From assembly GCA_010015585.1 (NCBI GenBank), contig ML975150.1: a stretch of 64,000 nucleotides of DNA; one strand, written 5' to 3'. The stretch comes from Eremomyces bilateralis CBS 781.70. Its lineage: Eukaryota. The translations under genes were made by a program, and so were the position numbers. Every line of letters begins with the position of its first letter. Position 1 is the first letter of the stretch. This document shows positions 19,535-30,712 of this stretch, piece after piece. A model generated the notes under the pieces. That model did not search any database and was not told the DNA's origin. It saw only the letters and a program-made list of their open reading frames with translations.

Positions 19535-22142
19535 ATGAAGTACCATTCCCTTCTTTTGCTGGGTGTTTATCTCAGCAGAACATACGCCCATCACCATGGC
19601 CATCACCAGGATCATCACTATGATCCCCACTATGATCCTCACCATAATCCTCACCATGACCCTCACCGTAATCCTCACCATAATCCTCACCATGATCCTC
19701 ACCATGACGATCACCACGACCGCCACCGTGGCCACGATATAGGAGGCGTACCTGCTGTCAGCACCGTAATCCTCACTGTGACCCCAGTTCCATCTGTGGC
19801 CCTTCCGCCTCTAAAGCCTTCGCCAAGTGCTTCTGGAATCAGCTCTCTCGTCTCGAAGCCTTCGCCAAGTGCTTCGGGAATTAGCTCTATCGTCTCGAAG
19901 CCTTCGCCAAGTGCTTCAGGAATCAGTTCCGTCGTCTCGAAGCCTTCACCAAGTGCTCCGGGAATCAGTTCCGTCGTCTCGAAGNNNNNNNNNNNNNNNN
20001 NNNNNNNNNNNNNNNNNNNNNNNNNNNNNNNNNNNNNNNNNNNNNNNNNNNNNNNNNNNNNNNNNNNNNNNNNNNNNNNNNNNNNNNNNNNNNNNNNNNN
20101 NNNNNNNNNNNNNNNNNNNNNNNNNNNNNNNNNNNNNNNNNNNNNNNNNNNNNNNNNNNNNNNNNNNNNNNNNNNNNNNNNNNNNNNNNNNNNNNNNNNN
20201 NNNNNNNNNNNNNNNNCACCGAGTGCTTCAGGAATCAGCTCCACCGTCTCTAAGCCTTCACCAAGTGCTTCTGGAATCAGCTCCACCGTCTCGAAGCCTT
20301 CACCAAGTGCTTCTGGAGTCTGCTCCCTCGTCTCGAAGCCTTCTAGTTCAGCTTCCGCAGGGACAGGTGCCGGGACCGGATCTGGCGGTCACTATGGACA
20401 TGAGGTTGCGGATCCAAATGCTCCGCACGACCACCCCACCGGCAGCACTCCTCCCTCTGCAAGCACGTCTGTTGGGAACGCCACGACAGTTGGAAACGCC
20501 ACGTCAGGCGGCCATTTTGGACATGAGGCTGCGGACCCAAATGCTCCCCACGATCACCCCATTGGCAGCACCCCCAGCTCTGGAAGTACGCCTGCTGGAA
20601 ACGCCACGGCCAGCGGCCATTTTGGACATGAGGTTACAGATCCGAATGCTCCGCATGATCACGAGATCGGCATCCCCACCCCCTCTGCAAGCACTTCCGT
20701 TGGAAACGCTACGACCGGCACCCATTTTGGACATGAAGTTGCGGATCCGAATGCTCCACACGATCACAAGATCAGCAGCACCACACCAATCGTCCCAGCT
20801 TCAAACAGTTCGGCTGCCGCGTATACCGCCACCGCCAGTGCAGGCCACGGTCATGGTGCGGGAAATGCGAGTGACGATCATGGTCATGGTTCGGGGAATG
20901 CGAGTGACGGTCATGGTCATGGTTCGGATGTTATTGCGCCTCCTGCAGCCACATCCACGGCTGGGGCCGATCCCGACCAAATTCCAGCCAACATCTTCAT
21001 CGAGCCGGCGTTGAACGGAGAACACGGGGAAGGCAAAGCGCTTACCCCTGGCGGGCGACTTGTTACCTTGAAGTACGGTCCGTATAAGGTGGACGCGGAA
21101 GGGATGGTATCGAATCGGCCGCAGATGAACATGGAGAAGCCGTGCAGTGACTGCTATATTGTCGCGCTGCAGGCGGGATTGCGGTACGAGGATGGAACGG
21201 TGGCTAATGTCGACAGTGGAGCGTGGCTGCACCACATGGTGCTTTACCTCCGCGGGACTGGGAGGAAGGATCTTGTCTGCGGTGGAACGCTTGGGATCTA
21301 CCCTCAACGAGTGTAAGATATAGACATGCACCGTCTCTTGGAAGGAGTTGTTAACCAGTCATTCTAGTTATGCCTCGGGCAATGAACGCGTCACCAGCCG
21401 TCTCAACAACCATTACAAATACGGCCTCCACGTCGGACAGGAAGATTCCCTAGGTATGATCTACGATCTCATGAATCAGGACACTACCGGAAAGACCTAC
21501 TACCTCACCCTCACCTACGAGGTCGTGGACGGCGCCGCAGCTCAAGGCTACAAGGCTGCCGAGATGGCTTGGTAAGTCACTAACCCCTTTCCATCCCCTC
21601 CCTCCATCAAACCTGTTCATCTAACGACACTTACTCCCTTCAGGCTCGACATCACCGGCTGCGGTATCTCTGAGTACCCTGCCCGCGAAGGCCTCTACGA
21701 AGTGAAATCCGACGGCTGGAATTCCACCATCAACGGCCGCCTCCTCTCCGCCTCGGGCCACGTGCACAATGGCGGCACTGAGACCGTCATCTACCAGAAC
21801 GGCGCGCCGATCTGCGTCTCGAAGCAGTTCTACAATACGAAGCCGGGCTTCGCGGCGACCGGGGCAGGGCACTCGCATGGCCGGAAGACGAAGAGGGAGA
21901 GCGGGTTAAATATCAGTGAGGCACAGACATGTTTGAATTTTGCGGATATCAAGGTTGGGGATACGTTGGTGGTGGGGGCGAAGTATGATACGGTGAAGTA
22001 TCCATTGGATCAGGATCATCATGGAGGTGGTGGGCCGTCTGACATCGTACGTATTTGTTCCACTGTGCTCCTGTCTATATGTGCGAGAGTAATGGCTAAT
22101 TATGCGCAGATGGGTATTAGTAGGGTGTATATCGGGAACTGA
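19535..22142 (+). CDS. Secreted His-rich, Ser/Pro-repeat protein with a C-terminal Cys-containing domain bearing PHM-like copper-binding motifs
   Basis: Signal-peptide-like MKYHSLLLLGVYLSRTYA; HHDP repeats; KPSPSASGISSVVS repeats; GHFGHEVADPNAPHDH-type repeat x4; C-domain TLKYGPY..PCSDCYI..WLHH..GNER..DLMN..WLDITGC..GHVHNGG..DIMGIS; introns 21313-21367, 21572-21643, 22047-22109; spans an N gap. Confidence 0.85.
19814..20345 (+). repeat. 42-bp coding tandem repeat (KPSPSASGISS(T/V/I/L)VS), interrupted by an assembly gap at 19985-20216
   Basis: About 7 visible units of aagccttc(g/a)ccaagtgcttc(t/a/g)ggaatcagc..cgtctcg flanking the N run. Confidence 0.9.
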
Positions 22143-22619
22143 ACGGGGGGGTTAGATCATCTAAGGGAATCGGGTACCAATATCACAGCTAGAGATGTAC
22201 TTAAGTCTCGCCAGAATTATTCTCTATCAAGTCTGAAGAAAGTAAATTTATAAACCCTAACTGTCGGCGATATGTACCCCACATAATTTCGGTTTCCAAG
22301 TTCAAATACTGTGGCAGACAGTAAAATGATTACGGCCTACATTCCTAATCGACCCCATATGTCACTGGCGAGCGATGATTGCGATAATATGTATTGTTTG
22401 AAGGCTATCTTAATCAGTCTTAACTGAAAGGAAGGCAGATAACACCTGCTTCTATATCTGCTGTCGATCCGTACAACAGGAGAGGAGAATAGAAATGCTC
22501 GAGTTGGTTTTTATAACACCATACGCCAACCGAAACTGCTATCCATTGCTCCAGCGGACGGAAAATTCCATTCGGATCCCGCCTCGCTCCAAACCTCCAG
22601 CCGCCTACACTAAGCATCC

Positions 22620-23732
22620 CTACTTCCTGCGGTTCCCGCCCATCCCCAAAATCTGCACCATCCGGATAAAAATATTGATGAAATCCAGCTCCAGACTCAC
22701 GCTCTCGTTCACCGGATCCCTCCGCATCATACCCCGCTGTGCCATCCGTGCATGATGCAGCACCCGCTGCACATCGTAGAGCGTGAACCCGCCGAACACG
22801 ACCAGGCCGCCGTAGAGCCAGAGGTTCTCGGTGACCATAAGCGTGCGGGCAGCGGTGGCGGGGATGACGAGGGGGGCGAGGCCGGAGAGGGCGACGACGG
22901 TGACACCGGCGAGGAGGGGGGCGCCCAGGTAGAGGTATTTGTCCTGCTTAGCGGTGGCGCCGACGAAGGCGATGGAGCCCATCATGCCAGCGGTGTAGAG
23001 GCCGGCGCGGGCGAGGATGGCGGGAGACATGAAGAAGAGGGGGGAGAGGAGGAAGGCTTGGGCGAGGTTGAAGGTGCCCCAGAGAGCGTACTTTTGCAGA
23101 TAGCTGTGATTAACCCGTTAGCATATGGATGGAATGATAGTGGGGAGGAGGGAGAATTGGAAGACTTACTTATCGGGCGAGGTGTACAAAGTGCCGTACA
23201 TTGATCCAATGCTAGCAACGAGTCCAACACCGGCAACGAGCCACGGATTCATGGCCATCAACCGATGGCTCCATCCGTTTGTGTGGAGCGTGCGGGCAGC
23301 GATGCCGATGATCCCTAGCCCCAGGCCGGTGTGCAGAAATGTATCATTCAAGTATGACCGCTCAAACGCCGGCATGCCGCCATCCTCGCGCGTCTCCCGG
23401 TTGAAGAGCAGGTTGATCGCAAGCAGCGTTCCGCCGAAGATGCCGGCGCCATACAGCAGCCGCTGGCGGAGCTCCGCCGAATTCGATCCGGGGGAATAGG
23501 ATGTGTTGGGGCCGGCGTTGTAGTTGCGTCGGAAGACATGTCGGAGCGAGTCAAGGGTTTTGCTAGATGTGGTTCGGACGCTGGCCGTCTGGGAAAGGAT
23601 GGAGCTGCGATATGACGGTTTCGGTGGCGTGGAGTGGAATGTGCGGATGAGGAGGGATGCGGTGGTGGGTTTGGAGGTGGTTTGCCTCAACGTCGCGGTG
23701 ACCGCGAACGGGCGACGAAGGACGAAGGACAT
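22620..23732 (-). CDS. Mitochondrial Bax-inhibitor-1-family protein (GHITM/MICS1-like)
   Basis: Presequence MSFVLRRPF; FNRETREDGGMPAFERSYLNDTF; multiple TM segments; LYGGLVVFGGFTLYDVQR; LELDFINIFIR; intron 23169-23104. Confidence 0.9.
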
Positions 23733-24330
23733 CGTGGGGAGGATGGGGAGCAGACGGGGGATGTCGATGAGGTGAAGGGGAGAAGAATGGGAGGATTGGG
23801 GATACAATTGAGGTTGGGTGTCTCTTCATAACCAGAAGCTTTAGCGCCAATTTGCGTTGATGACTTCGATGATGTCGCCGCAAACTCCGGTCTTGGCACG
23901 TGAGAGGAACATTCGAGAACGTGACTTGACGGCACGTGATCAACCGTTTGCTTACACAATCCGGAGTTAAAGGAGAACCGCCATGCCATGTCCGATCGTC
24001 CAGCACAGATTGCACAGTAGAAGTCTCAATAGACATATTTAATACATCATATAGCAGTTTAGCGGTGTTTTTATTCCAAGAGTGCAATCGTACTAATGCA
24101 TCCCCCCCCCCAGAATGATAGTCCGGTCCGTATCTCATTGCCGTCATATCCAGCATCCATATATGCGCAACTCCAAAACTCCAACTAGCCCGGTCATCTA
24201 GGTATCACAGTAAAAGGTATCATTCCCAACGAAAAAGAACGGCATCACCACATCCCGAAGAACCAAGCTCCATCGCCGGAGTCATAAACGCGACTACCAT
24301 CCATCCCCTGCTTTGCATCCAAGATATGCC

Positions 24331-27300
24331 CTACACCCCCGTCCTCCACCGCCCATCCGCCACCACCTCAAACCGAATCCCCCTCCCCCCACCCCCCCTC
24401 CTCCTCGCCGGATTCCGATTCACTCTCTCCACCCCCCCGCCATCCAACCACCCCTGCAGGTTCTTACACTGACTCACATCGAAGCTCTCCAGCTCTGTGC
24501 ACCCTGCCACCACCGCCTCTACCCCGAGCCCCGTCACCCGCACGCACCCGCGCACTGACAGGTGCCGCAGGTCCAGGAGGTGCAACCCGATGGCGCGCAG
24601 GGACGCGTCCGAGACCGCGGAGCCGCAGAAGGCGAGGTTGAGCGAGGTGAGTGCGGGGCAGCCGAGGGCGAGGACTTCGGTAGCTACATCAGAGAGGGCA
24701 CAGCAGAAAGACTAGAATGGTCAGCGCTGGATTCCCCACGAAAATCGCAGAGGGTTAAAGGATGAAAGGAATCGAAAACGAAAGGGGGGAACTCACCAAG
24801 TCCAACTCCTTCAACGCCTTCGCCGCATGCGTCAGGTAAATAATCGCATTATCCGTCAAATACGTACAATCCGCCAACACAAGCCGTGTCAATCTCGGAA
24901 ACGGATACACACTCCACTGCTGAAACCCCGCGTCTGTGATCGTTGTGCACCGCGTCAAGTCCATCGACTCGATCCGCTGCGCCGCGTGCGCCGCGATGTG
25001 CGCCATGCTGCGGTCCGTGATGTGCTTGCAGTATGACAGCGTCAGCCGCTTCAGCGACGGGCACCCGATCACCGTGCCGGGTGGCATGGCGTTCGCGGAT
25101 GCCTGCAGCGGGTGCGGCGAGGCGCCCTGGTGCGCGGCGCTGGCACGTGGTTGCGGACCGCCGCCGCGGGGGGCGCCGTTGGCTTTCGCAGCGGCGGCGG
25201 CGGCTTGGTGGTGGGCCATGCTGGCAGAGAGGTCGGGGACGACCCAGCCGACAACGCGGGCGAGAAGGTTGTCGCCGACTTTGCGGCAGTTGGAGAGGTC
25301 GATTTCCTCGAGGGATTTGGCCTTGTTGACCATGTCGAGGACGGCTTGGCCGGTGATGTCCCAGACGCTCTTCATCTTCCAGGCGCGGAGGTTGGGGGCG
25401 CAGGCGTTGGCGAGGGTGGAGAAGCCTTCGTCGGTGATGTGGAAGCAGTTGCTGAGATCGATGAGTCGGGGGCGGTTGGCGGCGAAGGGGGCGATGATAT
25501 TGACGATGGCGGAGTCGGTAACGTCGCGGTTGTAGGGGGAGAGGTCTAGGTTGTGGAGGAGGGCGGGAGAGGTGGAGATAAGTTTGTGCCAGTGAAGACA
25601 GACGCGGCGGGAACGCATGAGCGGCAGAAGGGGAAGATTGTCGAAGATCCGGATGAGGATGCTGTCGGGGAGTGGGGATCGTTGTTTTTTGTGCGGGGTT
25701 CGAAGGAGCTTTGCGCGCTTGTAGGCGGTGGGATGTTCTGGAGGCGTGACATCGTGCTTCGTGTGAAGAATAGTGATCATTCCATGGCCATTGGTGTCAG
25801 GAGGTTCGGGGGTACCGGAAGGGCTCGAAGTCGGTGTCGATTGAGCGGAAGCCGAGGGCGATGGAGGCGCCAGGGATCCACGACGAGACTTCGAACGCAT
25901 CTGCATGCTATCCAACTCGGGGTTGAGGTACGGATCTGGATCGATCTGCTCGATGACGGTCTTGTCGTCGGATTTACTTTTCTTCGATGCGGTGTCGTGG
26001 AACGGATCGTTGAAAGTCACGCTGGGGATGGTAAGGGGTCGCGGGGAACGTGGGCCCATGTCCGCGATGGCCAGCTCGTCAATCGCGGGCGTTCCCTCAG
26101 AGGCGTCCGCCATGGTGACATCCTGGCTCCCAGACACGCCTAGCCGCTGTTTCGCAGTCATCTCGACCTGTGCGCGGATGTTCGGGGGGCACCGTTGCCA
26201 GAGCTCGTTCAACACGTCGCCGCCAATCATCAGGCACTCGACCGAGGAAACGGATCGCACAGTCGCGGTTCGGCGCGGCGCTAGAGAGAGGCTTGCGACC
26301 TCACCAAAGTACTGCCCGGCCTTCAACCGTGCCTTCACATGCGATTCGCACCGCGCTCCCGACGTCGTCGATTCTCGTCGTGCCTTCGGGTTGGGCACAG
26401 ACTCGCTCACTACCTCGACTTCGCCACGTATGATGAAGAACACATCCCGACCCTGCGATCCCTGTTTGACGATTTCGGTAAACGGGGGATACGTTTTCGG
26501 GATGGCCTTGAGGCCCAGGAAATGCAGGATTTCCTGAGGAAGGGACGTAAATAGCGGTAACTCCTTGAGCGTTTGTCGTACGCTGACCGACCCGCTTCCA
26601 AGCGCGCTTGAGGCCGCTGCCTCGGCCAAGCTTGGACTGGGGCTTTTCCGCTTCTTGCTCACGGCGAACATTTCCCCATCCATGCTGCCGGCTTCGCCCA
26701 TCTGCACGTCGCCATCCATTCGATCTCGTGGCCGCTTCCCGGCTCGTGGTCCAAACACTCGCAGACCCTCATCAACACCCGCCGTCGTATGCTGCGTGAA
26801 GCTTCCGGTTACCTTCCCGTTCCCCGTCGCGGTCTGATTTCCCACCTCTTTCTTCTTCCGCTCCAAAATCGTCAACCGCTCCTGCGCCTCCTCCCGAATG
26901 GCGCGCTCCACGTCCGGGTAGCTGGGGAGGACTTTCTGCAAATCCTCCTTGTTCAGGCGAACTACCATGCTTTTTAGATTCGCCACGATGCATGCGGTCC
27001 GCGGGATGTTCATTAATATGCCGATCTCTCCGAAGAACGCGCCCGGTTTTAGTTCCGCATACGTGCTCTCCCCATCCCTCGATGTGACCCGTACCGACCC
27101 TCGGACCAGCCAATACATCGCCTTCGCCTCGTCTCCTTCCGTCAAGATATAGTCATGGTGAGAGTACAGCTGCGGTCGGAGATGCGCGCCGATCTCCGCC
27201 AGAAACGAGTCGGGCGCTCGTTCGAACAGCGGGAACGATCGAATCCGGTCGAGGAGGTCGAGCGGCAGGCCCTGGATGGTCGACGCCGTCAATGGCGATG

Positions 27301-27436
27301 GTCGGACGGGTCGCGTGGGCATGCTCTCGGAGTCGTAGGATCGGATCAGACTGATGGTGTCGGGGATCGGGGGGACACCGTTCGGGCGGTGGGCGTGCAT
27401 TGTGCCGCCGCCGGGGCCCCGTCCATGGCGGCGCAT
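24331..27436 (-). CDS. Protein with two cyclic-nucleotide-binding domains, an F-box and Cys-containing LRRs
   Basis: FFGEIGILMNIPRTA and YFGEVASLSLAPRRTA cassettes; F-box LPDSILIRIFDNL..RRVCLHW; LRRs DLSNCFHITD, LSYCKHITD, DLTRCTTITD; intron ~24797-24712, then SFCCALSD.. Confidence 0.9.
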
Positions 27437-28524
27437 TATGGTGAAGGTGGTAGTGTAGATAGTAAAAGATTATTTGACTGCCGCATTCACTGGTAGGGAT
27501 AGCCGGATGCGTGAATGGTAGAGACGTAAACCAAGTCGAGGTCGGTTTGTCGACGTGAAGCGGATGATGTCGATGCGCTTGCGAGCCACGGTAGGTGCGT
27601 GGAACAGGGAATATGAGTAGCAATCAATCGTGCAGCCGTGTCTTTCGATAGGTCTCGAATGTCGCGCTTAGTCGCGGGGAACGTCGTCAGAGGTCCGGTT
27701 CGTGGTAAAGATCGGGCGATGGATGCGACACGTGATGTACATTAGAATACAGAAGGAATCCGATGTCAACGGCGGTTCAGCAGCGTTGGAGAAGTCCGAG
27801 GTATCGTCGCACACGCTCGTCAGATCCGAAGTAGCATCAGCGGCTCTGCTGTCACCCACGAGCTGATGTCGGCAGGACGCAGCGACGAGAGGCGGTCAAG
27901 ATCTGGATGGGCGGTAATACCGGATATTACCAGCGCCGCAATGCAGATGTCTACTTCTAATCGCCTAGAAGAGTTATTTCGGCCTTGAACGAGAGGTGAG
28001 TGAGGATCGAAACGCGTGTGTGGCGGCGTTGCGGTGAGGTCGGACGGGCCGTCGGACAGTGGAAGGAGTGGGAGGAGTGGGAGGTTCAGGTCCGTATAGC
28101 TCAACTGCTGAGTGATGTGATGGCGTCGAGAGGATCGGCGACGGCTAAAAAATAAGGGCGAAATATGACGCCAGTGGGAATGTTTGAAGATGAGGCCGAG
28201 ATGATTAAAGATTGAAACAATAGAAGAATTATTGTGAATGGGAAATATTTGGTGGGAGTGGGAGATTGACGAAGATGTGAATGAGGTGGGAGGTGGGAGG
28301 TCATGGGGGGAGAGGAGAGGCAGAGGCGCGGGTGATCGATGGGGGAGACGGGGAAGAGAGACGTGGAGGGGGACGGAGAAAGGCCCGGTAGGTGGTAGGC
28401 GGTAGAGGGTAGACGGTAGACGGTAGACGGTAGCTACAGGTAATCTTTCCAGTATTAAATTCTTCCGTGCTGGCGGTTCTGCAGGTTACCGTGCATGCAA
28501 ATTGGAATCATTCAAGGTGTTCGC

Positions 28525-28559
28525 GGCAATTGGCAATTGGCAATTGGCAATTGGCAATT
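28525..28559 (+). repeat. (GGCAATT)5 minisatellite containing palindromic CAATTG units
   Basis: ggcaattggcaattggcaattggcaattggcaatt read directly. Confidence 0.9.
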
Positions 28560-30712
28560 TATCTCGACACGCGACCCTTTGATGTGTTGATGTTGGCGGT
28601 GTCGGCCTTTTTCCCACTCGCTCCCAATTCGTTCTCGCGGGGTATTTACATGTATTATCTCGTCGATGATCCACAGTGATGATCCCCTTCTACTGTTCTT
28701 GCTCCCGGCCGTCTAGGGCGATGATGTTGAAAGATGGTGTCGACGGCAGCCGTCAGCCCAAGCTTCTAGAAAAAGATGAAACAGGACCGTTGTTCCGCCT
28801 GTAGTTTCTATCCCCAGTGTTCCCTCCATCATCAGTCCGCTGGAGAACTATCCCCGGGATATGACACAAGAATCCCCACATCGAGGAGGCTGAGGGAGAA
28901 CCCTGATCTTCCCATTATCATTATCATTCATCGTTTTAAGAACCAAGCAATCTACGTAGTCAAGTTAACTCGCACACTCCAACCGAAGTTTCCAACATCG
29001 CGAGTAGTCGAACACTGAAACAGGGCCTGGCTCTTGAGCATGTGCTGGGTGCGCTGGTCTGAAGCTGGTCTGATCGCCCGAATCCCCCGAACATCGGAAC
29101 ATGATGTACTCAGATGCAGGGAGAGAGCCGCCCTGATGCCCGTTCTCAACTGTTCCAAGTGTATCGGATGCTTCTGGTGCTTTTCCAGAACTTCCATCGA
29201 ATTCCCCCCTACTGTTGTCAATTGTGCCTGTTTCCTTTCCTCTAGTCCAGTCTCACACATATCTACACTTGCCTAGATCGTATCGTTACACCACCCCAGC
29301 CTCTCCATTCCCATTCCCATTTGTATCTTCTTCCAAGTTCCACCCGATTACGTAGTTAATGGATGGTACGATCCATCGCGCGCCCTCAGTTCTGGATCGT
29401 CAACGCAATCAACCGAAGATCAGGGCCCCCCTACCCTCTTCGCCCTCATCCCGCGACCCCTTCCCCCAGCTGTCCCTGCATCCACGGACGGACGAACCAA
29501 AGTCCAACCCCTGATAAATGCGTGCGGAGTGCAGCACCATTTCAAATCGTCCAGCTCGGTTAACTTACGACAAGCCGTGAGCCGACCCTAAGACCTAACT
29601 GTATCTCCTGCCCGGTGCTCTTTGGACGATACGCGCCACGGCGTCTACGTGAAACGTCCCCATTGCCGATTCTTCCTTGTCGGTCGCGAAACATTCTAGA
29701 TGACTTTCAACGTGTCCTGCAGATGAGATGAACAGCCGTTCAATTCCAGCCTTAATCTACCCACTCTCCTTCCCACGTTTAATCTCCACGGTATGCGTTC
29801 GTCCCAACCCTCTGGGCGTGGTTATCTCCCACACTGCAAACCTCGTCCTCCGACCTGCTCGTTCCATCCCACCACGCGATTGACACCGCTGCTACTACAC
29901 ACGGAGCGCTGGAGGAACTCGGGACGATGGCGAATAGGGTAATCGCCGAGATTGCGGTGCTATCCGGGCGCGGTTCCGGGGAGGGATCCATGCGTTCTGA
30001 TATCGCGCGGTCGGGTCGATCCGTCATGGGGGGGATTGTCGGTCTCCGAGCGCGAATCACTGGACGGGTTCTCGAGTGATGGTGGAATATATAGAAACGT
30101 GAGAGACATTTCTCGGGTGCATGCCGGTTTATGCCTAGCCCCGATCTTTCAAGTGCATGTAGCTAACAAGAGGTGGGTAGGAGAGGTCAGCCTAAGGAGT
30201 GATGCCATCAACTCAAGGAATGATTGGAAACTCCCAGCGATAGAGGGACGCATAATAATTGTAAATGTATTCGTAGTATTCTGCATGTATCATCCAGGAA
30301 GTTCGCTCCACTTACGCACTGTAGTATTAGGACATGCCTTGGAGAGACTGCACCAATGACCGACTGATCTGATGCTGGCTACCCGCAAGCCTCTATCTGG
30401 TTCGCTGGATGGTTCACGATCGCCACCGTGAGAAACAAGTACTAACGGAAAAGTGAGGTGTGTGGCTTTGAAGTTCACCAGTCGTTGGTTTCAACATCAA
30501 GCAACCTATAACAAGAATGCTAGCGAGAATATCACATCTACCGAATTCAGAAGTTGGTTTGGCTCAGGTTGTATATCGGAGGCAGCCCCATACATTATTG
30601 CTGTAAATGAGCTGCCTATATTTCCAATCCAAATCAAATCTACTGGGAACGGATGAAAACCACGAACCGTGACGCCCAGCCTCAGTGAGACAACGACGGC
30701 ATCGAACACCCG

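Noticed and set aside
19814..20770. Repeat-spacer pattern resembling a CRISPR array
   Set aside because: The repeats are in-frame coding repeats in a eukaryotic gene, and there are no cas genes.
29779..30079. Open frames of ~95 codons on both strands downstream of SDH1
   Set aside because: No recognisable motif or convincing start/splice structure.
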